Positions 1-8,348 of a DNA stretch of 64,000 nt are shown piece after piece. Source of the DNA: Lysobacterales bacterium (GTDB lineage: Bacteria > Pseudomonadota > Gammaproteobacteria > Xanthomonadales > SZUA-5); assembly GCA_022844165.1 (NCBI GenBank), contig JALHMH010000022.1, positions 13,910 to 77,909 of the forward strand. Reading direction: 5' to 3'. The translations under genes were made by a program, and so were the position numbers. The notes beneath the pieces were generated by a model that ran no database searches, was not told the DNA's origin, and worked only from the letters and a program-made list of their open reading frames with translations. Each line of letters opens with the position of its first letter. Position 1 is the first letter of the stretch.

Positions 1-1
1 T

Positions 2-580
2 GGCGCCAAGGATAATCCTGCCGTCGGCTTTGCCGCGTTCACCGGAACGGTCATTTCGGTCCCGGTGATCGTAACCCTCTTGATGATCATCAACCGCCGA
101 TCACAAGCGAATCTGCGCAAGCTCGCGGATACCGATTCGCTCAGCGGCGCGCTCAATCGTCGCGCGTTCTTCGAGCATGCAGAAGAACGCATCGCAGGCG
201 CGACGATTGCGATGATCGACTTCGACCACTTCAAGCAGATCAACGATCGGCATGGCCATCAGGCCGGAGACCGCGTCATTGCGACGAGCATACCGGCACT
301 CAAGAAGCACCTGCCGCCGACGGCGATATTGGGCCGCTACGGCGGTGAGGAGTTTGTGGTCTTGCTGCCGGCGGGTACAGACGCAGACACTCGAATCGAA
401 CCGATGCGACTGGCGATCAACACCACCGCATCGACCGCTTTGGGTCGCCCGGTGACAGCATCGATTGGACATGCCCGGCACCAGTCGGGTGAAAACATCG
501 ACGCCACCATTGCCCGCGCAGACCAGGCGCTGTATCAGGCGAAAGCCCAAGGTCGCAATCGCTGCGTCGCGGACATCTAG
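2..580 (+). CDS. GGDEF-domain diguanylate cyclase, 5'-truncated by the window edge
   Basis: D-x-L-S-G-x-x-N-R-R, D-F-D-H-F-K-x-I-N-D-x-H-G-H-x-x-G-D and RYGGEEF motifs. The frame is open from base 2, with a hydrophobic segment before the domain. Confidence 0.93.
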   Translation, partial: GAKDNPAVGFAAFTGTVISVPVIVTLLMIINRRSQANLRKLADTDSLSGALNRRAFFEHAEERIAGATIAMIDFDHFKQINDRHGHQAGDRVIATSIPALKKHLPPTAILGRYGGEEFVVLLPAGTDADTRIEPMRLAINTTASTALGRPVTASIGHARHQSGENIDATIARADQALYQAKAQGRNRCVADI

Positions 581-626
581 TGTTCCATTGCGACGACGAG
601 CCCGCAGGCTGTATCTCAACAGCCTG

Positions 627-745
627 CCAGCGAGGCTTCGCCCCGGACCGCCGAGCATTGTTGGATCAGCTCCGCACCGTAAAGCCAAAGCCGCTCCGAA
701 GAAACAGACTCAAATCTACCGATGCGGCTCCGTCAAAGACGGTAG
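627..745 (-). repeat. Copy of dispersed intergenic repeat family R
   Basis: Reverse complement matches 16289-16457: TTGACGGAGCCG..TTTGAGTC..GGAGCGGCTTTGGCTTT..CCAACAATGCTCGGCGGTCCGGGGCGAAGCCTCGCT. Confidence 0.85.
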
Positions 746-793
746 CGAGGCTCTGTTAGCATCCGCGGCCTCGCAACTCTGATCGCTGACCCG

Positions 794-1936
794 ATGCTCG
801 CCAGCAAACTACCGAACGTCGGCACCACGATTTTCGCCGTCATGTCGCAGCTCGCCGCAGAACATCGCGCAGTGAATCTGGGACAGGGTTTCCCCGACTT
901 CGAAGGGCCGGGTGCTTTGCATGAGGCCCTGGCGCGGCATGTGCGCGAGGGCAAGAATCAGTACGCGCCGATGACGGGTATCGCGCCGCTGCGCGCTGCC
1001 ATCGCAAACAAAACCCAAAGGTTGTACGGTCGCGTGATCGACAGCGATACCGAAGTGACCGTCACCAGTGGCGCGACCGAGGCGCTTTTTGCGGCCATCC
1101 ACGCGGTGGTGCGCCCCGGCGATGAAGTCATTGTGCTCGATCCGTGCTACGACAGCTACGAGCCGGCCATCGAACTGGCTGGGGGCCGCGCGGTGCATGT
1201 GCCGCTGACGCCGCCGCAGTTCGGCGTCGATTGGCAGCGCGTCAACGACGCGATTTCACCACGCACGCGGCTGATCATGATCAACTCACCGCACAACCCC
1301 AGTGGTGCCACACTTTCGCCGGAGGATCTCGACGCTCTGGCAGCACTGGTGCGCAACACGTCGATACTGGTGCTGTCCGATGAGGTTTATGAGCACATCA
1401 TCTTCGATGGTCGCGCGCATTGCAGCGTTCTGCGACACGCAGAGCTTGCCGAACGTAGTTTTGCGGTGTCCAGCTTTGGCAAGACGTACCATATCACTGG
1501 CTGGAAAGTCGGCTACTGCATCGCGCCACCGGCTTTGACGATCGAGTTTCGCAAAGTGCACCAGTATTTGACGTTCTGCACTTTCAACGCCGCCCAATGG
1601 GCCTTGGCCGAGGTGCTCGAATCCGATCCGCAGCACTATCTGGATCTACCCGGGTTTTACCAGCAAAAACGCGACCACTTCGCGGCGGCACTGGCGCCGT
1701 CGAAGTTTCAGCTATTGCCCGTCGCTGGTGCCTATTTTCAGCTCGCGGACTACGCCGCCATCAGCGACGAAGACGATCAGGCCTTCTGCCGACGCCTGGT
1801 CACCGAGCATGGTGTTGCAGCGATCCCGATATCGGCGTTCTATCAGTCGCCTCCGCGGCAATCGATCGTCCGCTTCTGTTTTGCCAAAACCACGGCCACA
1901 TTGGATGCAGCCGCGGAGCGCTTATGCGCGATTTGA
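794..1936 (+). CDS. ybdL: PLP-dependent class I aminotransferase (methionine aminotransferase YbdL-like)
   Basis: SKLPNVGTTIF N-terminus, NLGQGFPDF, SPHNPSG, SDEVY, SFGKTYHITGWKVGY. Confidence 0.9.
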   Translation: MLASKLPNVGTTIFAVMSQLAAEHRAVNLGQGFPDFEGPGALHEALARHVREGKNQYAPMTGIAPLRAAIANKTQRLYGRVIDSDTEVTVTSGATEALFAAIHAVVRPGDEVIVLDPCYDSYEPAIELAGGRAVHVPLTPPQFGVDWQRVNDAISPRTRLIMINSPHNPSGATLSPEDLDALAALVRNTSILVLSDEVYEHIIFDGRAHCSVLRHAELAERSFAVSSFGKTYHITGWKVGYCIAPPALTIEFRKVHQYLTFCTFNAAQWALAEVLESDPQHYLDLPGFYQQKRDHFAAALAPSKFQLLPVAGAYFQLADYAAISDEDDQAFCRRLVTEHGVAAIPISAFYQSPPRQSIVRFCFAKTTATLDAAAERLCAI

Positions 1937-2706
1937 ACGTTACCCTGATTCAGGACGCCACCTTGTGGCATGACGCCGCTGCAAATCAGGCGCTGTATGG
2001 CGACCGCGTGCGCGCCGCACCGCCAAGCGATTTATTCGTATTGCCCGAAACCTTCTTGTCGGGCTTTTCGAATACGGCAGATGCCCAAACCATGGACGGC
2101 GAATGCATTGCCTGGCTTCGCGACCTCAGCATCGAGCGACGCGCGGTCATCACCGGCAGCCTCGTGGTTCGCAGCGGCGAGCGCATCGTCAATCGCCTGA
2201 TCTGGGCGCGCCCGGATGGGACGCTGTCGGTCTACGACAAGCGACATCTTTTTCGGATGGCAAGGGAACACGAACGATATGCAGCAGGCGACGAGCGCCT
2301 GATCGTCGAATTGCACGGTTGGCGAATCTGTCCGCAAGTTTGTTATGACCTGCGCTTCCCGGTATGGCTGCGCAATCGCATGAGCGATGGCCGCATGGAC
2401 TACGATGCGTTGCTTTTCGTTGCCAATTGGCCTGCCCCGCGCCATCAGCATTGGCGCACGCTGTTGCAAGCACGCGCCATCGAAAATCTGGCTTATTGCA
2501 TCGCTGTCAACCGCGTCGGGATGGACGGCAACCAGTTGCAGTACCTGGGCGGCAGCGCTGCGATCGATTTTCTGGGCGCACATTTGGCCGAACTCGGGGC
2601 GCAACCTGGATCCGTCACAGTGACGCTCAGCGCCGAACAACTGGCCGCTCACCGTGAGCGCTTCCCGGCATGGATGGACGCAGACGATTTTTCGTTGCGC
2701 CCCTAA
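1924..2706 (+). CDS. yafV: Carbon-nitrogen hydrolase (omega-amidase YafV-like)
   Basis: LPETF, YDKRHLF and VCYDLRFP supply the E-K-C triad. ATG at 1924 overlaps the ybdL end, the usual pairing. Confidence 0.88.
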   Translation: MRDLNVTLIQDATLWHDAAANQALYGDRVRAAPPSDLFVLPETFLSGFSNTADAQTMDGECIAWLRDLSIERRAVITGSLVVRSGERIVNRLIWARPDGTLSVYDKRHLFRMAREHERYAAGDERLIVELHGWRICPQVCYDLRFPVWLRNRMSDGRMDYDALLFVANWPAPRHQHWRTLLQARAIENLAYCIAVNRVGMDGNQLQYLGGSAAIDFLGAHLAELGAQPGSVTVTLSAEQLAAHRERFPAWMDADDFSLRP

Positions 2707-2884
2707 GTTTCGCCCTGCGCCGAACAACTCGAACCACAGTCCGACTCCAAAGGCAAAGACGAGCGAGGGCCGAAACCGGGAGAAAATGGGGCAACCTGGA
2801 ATGAGTATCGGCTCTCACTCGTCAGACGTTCGCCCAACACCGGATGGCGGCGCCGCGTAAGTCCGGAGGGCGGATTCTGACCAT

Positions 2885-2923
2885 CGAAGCCAACACTGCT
2901 CGGCCATCTGAGGCGAAGCTCCG
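2885..2923 (+). repeat. Partial copy (right end) of repeat family R
   Basis: CGAAGCCAACACTGCTCGGCCATCTGAGGCGAAGC. Confidence 0.65.
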
Positions 2924-2927
2924 CAGC

Positions 2928-5114
2928 CTAACGCACGCTCCCCTTGAGGCCGCGACGCGCCAGAAAGTGCTTAACGTCCGGATTCTGCCCGCGCCACTTT
3001 AGGTACATCGCCATCGGGTCCTCGCTGTTGCCGCGGGACAGGATCGCTTCGCGATAGCGGCTGCCGACTTCGCTGTTCAGTCCGCCAAGCTGTTGCACAT
3101 GGGCGAAGGCGTCGGCCGCCAGTACCTCGCTCCACAGGTAGGCGTAATAGCCGGCCGAATAGCCGCCTGGAAAGATGTGATCGAAGTAGGCACTGCGATA
3201 GCGCGGCGGCACGGCCGTCAAGTCGACGCCATACCTGGCCAGTGCGGCTTGCTCGAAGGCTTCCACATCGTCGACTTTCGCATCAGCGGACAGCATGTGC
3301 CACTCCAGATCGAGCAAACTGGCGGCGATGTACTCCAAGGTGTCGAAACCCTGGTTGAAGCCGCTGGCCGCGAGCACCTTCTGCAACAGCTCAGGCGGGA
3401 TCGGTTCGCCAGTTGCGTGGTGCCTGGCGTAGTTGGCGATCACTTCCGGCGCCTTCGACCAGTCTTCCTCGAACTGGGAGGGGAACTCGACGTAATCGCT
3501 GGGCACCGCGGTACCGGCCAGCGATGGATAGCGCACTGTCGAGAACAGGCCGTGCACGGCGTGCCCGACCTCGTGGTACAGGGTCACGACATGATCGAAG
3601 CTCATCAGCGCGGGCGCGCCATCGACGGGCTTGGGAAGATTCATCACGTTGATCACCACCGGTTTGCGGCCCAGCAGGCCGCTCTGGCCCACGAAGCTCG
3701 ACATCCAGGCGCCACCGCGCTTTCCGGGCCGGGCGAAGTAGTCGGCGTAGAACAAGCCAATCAGGCTGTCATCACTGTCGATGACATCGAACACGCGCAC
3801 GTCGGGGTGGTACACCGGGAGATCGCTGCGCTCAACAAAGCGCACGCCGTAGAAGCGGTTCATGGTAAAAAACACGCCATCGCTCAGCACGCGGCCAAGT
3901 TCAAAGTAGTTTTTCACTTGCTCGCTGTCAAAGGCATATTTCGCCGCTCGCACCTGCTCGGCGTAAAATTCCCAGTCCCAGGGCTGCGGCTCGAAGTCGC
4001 CGCCTTGCTCGCGGAGCAACGCCCGGATATCGGCCGCTTCCTGCTCGGTGTTGCGGATCACGGTCGGCACGAGGTCGGTGAGCATCGTCAGCACCGCCTC
4101 GGGCTTGCCAGCCATCTGGCTTTCCAGGCGGTAGGCGGCATGGTTGGGAAAGCCCAGAAGGTTGGCGCGCTCGGCGCGTAGTCTGGCCAGGCGCAGCACC
4201 ATGCTGCGCGTGTCGCCCGCGCCTTCCTGCAGGCCACGATTGGCCGAGGCTCGCCACACACGCTCGCGCAACGCGCGATCTTTGAGCGAGATCAGCACCG
4301 GCTGGCGCGTGGTGTTGGTGATCGACAGCAGCCATTTGCCCGGCTGACCGGCGGCAGCGGCGGCCTGTGCGGCTGCGGCGATGCTGTCGCTGTCCAGACC
4401 ATCGAGTTCGACCAAGCTCTCGACGATCACCGCAGCAGCCTCAGTCTGCGCGAGCAGCGCCTGTTCGAATGCGGTCGTGAGACCGGCCTCTTCCTCGTTA
4501 ATGGTCCGCAGCCGCTGCCGGGCCTCTTCGGGCAGCTGCACGCCGGCGCGCACGAAGCGCTTGTAGGTCTGATCAACGAGGCGCAAGGCCTCGGCATCCG
4601 CCTGCAGCGAATCGCGCGCGTCGTACAGCGCCTTCACTCGCGCAAAGAGCTTGCCATTAAGCAGGATATTGTCGGCGTGCGCGGCGATTTTTGGCGCGAT
4701 CTCTGACTGGATCCTGCGCAACTCCTCGGTGCTGTCGGTCGCGGTCAGATTGAAGAACACCGCTTGCACACGATCGAGGATCTCACCCGAGCGCTCCATG
4801 GCTTCCAGAGTATTCTCGATGCTGGGTGGATCGAGATTGTCGGCAATCGCCTGGATCTGCTTGAGCTGTTGTGCCATGCCTTCGTTGAACGCGGGCAGGT
4901 AATGCGCTTGCGCAATGAGGCGAAAGTCAGGCGCCAACAACGGCAGCTCACTGGGCCTGAAGAACGGATTGGACTCCTTCGCCGATGGTGAGCCGGAAGC
5001 CGGGCTGGCGCCGGCCGCGTCGGATGTTGGTTCACCGGGGGAGCAGGCGCCCAGCGCCAGAGCCAGGCCGGCGACGCCCAGCAGACGTCCGCTGCAATTA
5101 GAACTACGCTTCAT
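2928..5114 (-). CDS. dcp: M3 family metallopeptidase (peptidyl-dipeptidase Dcp-like), probable lipoprotein
   Basis: HEVGHAVH zinc motif, KRGGAWM, DYVEFPSQ, YSAGYYAYLWSEVL; lipobox LALGAC. Confidence 0.9.
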   Translation of the reverse strand: MKRSSNCSGRLLGVAGLALALGACSPGEPTSDAAGASPASGSPSAKESNPFFRPSELPLLAPDFRLIAQAHYLPAFNEGMAQQLKQIQAIADNLDPPSIENTLEAMERSGEILDRVQAVFFNLTATDSTEELRRIQSEIAPKIAAHADNILLNGKLFARVKALYDARDSLQADAEALRLVDQTYKRFVRAGVQLPEEARQRLRTINEEEAGLTTAFEQALLAQTEAAAVIVESLVELDGLDSDSIAAAAQAAAAAGQPGKWLLSITNTTRQPVLISLKDRALRERVWRASANRGLQEGAGDTRSMVLRLARLRAERANLLGFPNHAAYRLESQMAGKPEAVLTMLTDLVPTVIRNTEQEAADIRALLREQGGDFEPQPWDWEFYAEQVRAAKYAFDSEQVKNYFELGRVLSDGVFFTMNRFYGVRFVERSDLPVYHPDVRVFDVIDSDDSLIGLFYADYFARPGKRGGAWMSSFVGQSGLLGRKPVVINVMNLPKPVDGAPALMSFDHVVTLYHEVGHAVHGLFSTVRYPSLAGTAVPSDYVEFPSQFEEDWSKAPEVIANYARHHATGEPIPPELLQKVLAASGFNQGFDTLEYIAASLLDLEWHMLSADAKVDDVEAFEQAALARYGVDLTAVPPRYRSAYFDHIFPGGYSAGYYAYLWSEVLAADAFAHVQQLGGLNSEVGSRYREAILSRGNSEDPMAMYLKWRGQNPDVKHFLARRGLKGSVR

Positions 5115-5146
5115 CGTGATTCCCTGGGTACGAATTTCCGCCGTTA

Positions 5147-5217
5147 GCGCAGCGCTCCAGCGGGTGGAAAGTTACGCTGTCGAACGCAATGGTCGGCTGC
5201 CTTATGGCGAGCCTCGA
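5147..5217 (+). repeat. Degenerate copy of repeat family R
   Basis: GCGCAGCGCTC..TGGAAAGTTACGCTGTCGAACG..GAGCCTCG resembles 54385-54461. Confidence 0.5.
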
Positions 5218-5412
5218 TACTATACGGGCCTGAGCGATGCGCATCCCAACATCACAGCGCTGTCGTTTTCGCCAGCAATTTCCGATTCAAACGGTCAGGG
5301 CAACTTTCTGCCCTGCACCGCGACGTCCGAGCCAGCGTCTGCGCGACTTGGGCTACCTGCCGCCAAGCCGCAGGCTGATGTTCGGGGCCGCCTCAGTTTA
5401 GGAGCCGCACAC

Positions 5413-6756
5413 ATGAACCTCCGATTTGGCACACAACGTCACTCCCCAGCCCGTCCGTGCAGCGCTGCACAGTGGCATTGGTCGGCTCTGCTGCTGTTCA
5501 GCCTGAGCGGCCTTAGCCATGCCCAGAGCGGACTGATCGGCCAGCCGCTGTTAACCACTGGTTTCGAGACCGACGCGAGCATCGGCGCCGATGCCGAGGA
5601 ACTGCGCAACTCCAGCCTGGAGGCCCTGGTCAACCTGCTCGGCGCGGATGCAGACGACATTGAAGTCGTCATCACGTACATCGGCAAGGGAAGTCTCGAC
5701 ACCGGCGTCGGCATCCAGCCGGTGGATTCGCAGCCGCCAGCGAGCACTTCGAACCCTTTTGCGCAGGGCTTCATCGCCTTCAATCCAGCGACGCGCAACG
5801 AATTCCGGATCCAGATCGCGCGCGCCGATCTGCAAGTCATCGGCGACGCCGGTGCCCGCGCCCTTCTCGACGCCGGCGCCGGCAGGCTCGGGCAGCCCGT
5901 ACCGCCAGACAACCCCGATGCGACCACAATTCAGTCGAAGTCCTGGAGCAATAACATCGACAACCGCGTGCGACTGTCTACCGTGGGCGTTGGAACCAGC
6001 CAGTGGCCATGGCGCACCATCGCCCAGCTGGGTGGGGGTTGCACCGGCACGCTGGTTGGCCCCCGTCATGTCGTGACGGCGGCGCACTGCATCTACAGCC
6101 GGACCAGAAATCGTTGGAGCAGCGGCTTCAATGTGGTGCCTGGCCAGTCGGGCGGCGTGTCGCTCTATGGCACGTCGCTGATGCCGTCCGGAAGTTTCGC
6201 CTGGTACTTCACGCCCTGGCAGTGGCGGGTTGAGGAACCCGCCGGTGGCGCTCGCCAGTACGACATCGGCATCCTGGTGATTCCCGACCGGCTCGGAGAC
6301 GCGAGCGGCTGGATGGGCTACACCTCGATCAATGATGCCAGCATGGCCAACAGTGCCATCTACAATCGCGGCTTTCCAAGCTGTAATGCCTTCACTGTGA
6401 CTGGTTTGGCGCGTATCGATGACCCGGGCGATCCTGGCAGCAATGTGGTTTGTATCGCCAATCACCTGTATGGCGATCCGGCCACCTGCAGCACCGGGGA
6501 ATCCAGCAATCTCGACTCACAAGGCTGGCCACGGCTGATCAACCACTCCTGCGACGCCAGTGCCGGTCAAAGCGGTTCCCCGATCTATCGCTACTCGAAC
6601 GGACCGCGCGTGGTCGGTGTGCATGTCGCTTCCAGCTGCGGCTCGACCGCCTCGGCAACACCCTGCACCACCCAGAGCGCGCGTCCGCTCACCGCAGTAC
6701 GCTTGACGCCCGAATACCGCGACTGGGTCACCTATTTCCGCAGCTGGAAGCCCTGA
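5413..6756 (+). CDS. Secreted trypsin-like (S1) serine protease, glutamyl-endopeptidase-like
   Basis: CTGTLVGPRHVVTAAHC, YDIG and GQSGSP catalytic triad; VGVH S1-pocket His; signal peptide ending SHA-Q; AGGAG upstream of ATG 5413. Confidence 0.85.
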   Translation: MNLRFGTQRHSPARPCSAAQWHWSALLLFSLSGLSHAQSGLIGQPLLTTGFETDASIGADAEELRNSSLEALVNLLGADADDIEVVITYIGKGSLDTGVGIQPVDSQPPASTSNPFAQGFIAFNPATRNEFRIQIARADLQVIGDAGARALLDAGAGRLGQPVPPDNPDATTIQSKSWSNNIDNRVRLSTVGVGTSQWPWRTIAQLGGGCTGTLVGPRHVVTAAHCIYSRTRNRWSSGFNVVPGQSGGVSLYGTSLMPSGSFAWYFTPWQWRVEEPAGGARQYDIGILVIPDRLGDASGWMGYTSINDASMANSAIYNRGFPSCNAFTVTGLARIDDPGDPGSNVVCIANHLYGDPATCSTGESSNLDSQGWPRLINHSCDASAGQSGSPIYRYSNGPRVVGVHVASSCGSTASATPCTTQSARPLTAVRLTPEYRDWVTYFRSWKP

Positions 6757-6942
6757 GCCGGGGTTTCCGATATGGGGCGATGGGTGCTGCTGACGACAGC
6801 GCAGGCAGCGCGCTGCCGTTGGCAGAATTCAGGCAAAAACGAATGCAGCAAAGGCAATCCCGGACGCAAGTCCGGGAGATGTCCACACTACGCTCAATAG
6901 CCGTGACGCACTCACCGCGAGGGTCGGCGCGTCGGGATCCGG

Positions 6943-7496
6943 CCAGCCCGCATATTTCTTGAGGTCGCGATGAAATGGCCTCATTTCGTTGTAACGGCGC
7001 GGAACCTTTGAATTGGTTGGAATGACAGGCTGTCCGCTGCCATTTCCTCGCTAACACGGCTGCGCTTCCTGCTTCGCCCCTCCGGCCAGCGCATCCATGC
7101 GCTGGCGTTCGGCGGCGCGCCGCATGCGGCGGAAATCGCGCCTCACCCTCACTCGTTCTCTGCGCCGGACGACTCAAAGCTCGTCGTCGCAATGGGCGAG
7201 GAGCATCGCTTGCGCGCGCAGCGCGCGATGCTCAGAGCGCCCGGCAGCTACGCTGACGGGCCGGGTCAACCATTCCGCCCGGTGCGGCGGCGCAGCCGCC
7301 GCCCGTTCGAGCGGGCGCGCCGCATGCGGCGCAAGCTTGCCCGCTCTCACCCTTCTCGCGCCTCGATTCCGGCGCAAAGGTCCGGCCTGGCGGCGCAGCC
7401 GCCAGTCGTTCGAGAGGGCGCATCGCATGCGATGCAAGCTCGCCCTTTCTCACCCTTCGCGATCTTCCGCGTTCCCTCATGAAATATGCGGGCTAG
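6943..7496. mobile_element. MITE-like element with 22-bp terminal inverted repeats and internal palindromic units
   Basis: CCAGCCCGCATATTTCTTGAGG (6943-6964) versus CCTCATGAAATATGCGGGCTAG (7475-7496). No transposase inside. Confidence 0.72.
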
Positions 7497-7603
7497 AGCG
7501 CCCTTGAGGCCAACGATCTGAAGGTAAGCTGCCAACCGCTCATGCGCCCGACAAACCCAGCGGACGAACGCCCAGCGGTTGATCGCGCCGTGATCTTCGG
7601 TCC

Positions 7604-8041
7604 TCAGTTGACGCGATAAAATCCGTGGTCGCCGATAATGTGCAAGGGCTCGCCTGTCGCCCAATGCGCGTCGACGCGCTGGTAGGCCAGGAAGTGGTCG
7701 GCGCCCGGCACAACCAAGCGGCGATGAGATTCGGGCAGCGACCAGTTGATCATGGCTTTGGTTGTGATCCAAACCGACCCCAACAATGCACCCCATTCAT
7801 TCAGGCGTGTATTGGGGGAGCGTAGTGTCATCGCAAATTGTTTTGGTGCCATGAGCACCGCGCACAGGTTGTCGCCATAACGACCGCTATCGAGGCGTCG
7901 AAGCGCAACTTCTGCCACGGCCAGCTGCCCGTCGACCGACTGATTGCGCGCTTCCAGATAAATGGTTGTCGCCAGACAAAGGGGGTCGGCCACCGGAGCA
8001 GGTGCCAACGAACTAATCCACATGACGAACGCAAGCTTCAT
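7604..8041 (-). CDS. Cell wall hydrolase (SleB/CwlJ, Hydrolase_2 family)
   Basis: CLATTIYLEARNQSVDGQLAVAEV, KQF and IGDHGFY motifs. Confidence 0.87.
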   Translation of the reverse strand: MKLAFVMWISSLAPAPVADPLCLATTIYLEARNQSVDGQLAVAEVALRRLDSGRYGDNLCAVLMAPKQFAMTLRSPNTRLNEWGALLGSVWITTKAMINWSLPESHRRLVVPGADHFLAYQRVDAHWATGEPLHIIGDHGFYRVN

Positions 8042-8280
8042 TTGTTGTTTCCTGGTCGATTGGCCAGAGCGCGAAATGCGCTACCGCCCTGAGATCAAGA
8101 CGGACCTTGAATGTCAAGGACCATTTCTACCGTCCTTATGGCAAAACCCTAGCGAACGCTCGCTAGAGCCCGCACTCCATTCAGCTGCCCGCAGATTGCC
8201 ACAATTCAGAACAACGCAACCTGACCAGGACAAAGGCCATTAAACGCGACAAGACTGCTGCTTGCTTTGGCCAGCGCAAA

Positions 8281-8315
8281 TTGTCACGACGATGCAACTC
8301 GCACCGACGTATGCT
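8281..8315 (+). promoter_or_regulatory. Candidate Pho box with -10 element upstream of the nuclease
   Basis: TTGTCAC-GACG-ATGCAAC (8281-8298), then TATGCT (8310-8315) after 11 bp. Confidence 0.5.
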
Positions 8316-8348
8316 CGGGCAGGTTTTCGAAGCAGCGCGAGTTGATCC

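Noticed and set aside
1597-1923. Extension of the amidase ORF
   Set aside because: Out-of-frame overlap with ybdL; amidase similarity begins at 1924.
4915-5412. N-terminal extension of the S1 protease ORF
   Set aside because: Overlaps dcp on the opposite strand and an R remnant; RBS and signal peptide support ATG 5413.
7097-7507. Arg/Ala-rich ORFs or a possible CRISPR array in the repeat region
   Set aside because: The ORFs are translations of palindromic repeats; units are degenerate with related spacers and no cas genes.
8105-8119. CCTTGA-ATG-TCAAGG palindrome between divergent genes
   Set aside because: Single short inverted repeat; spacing does not fit FNR/CRP and there is no second copy.
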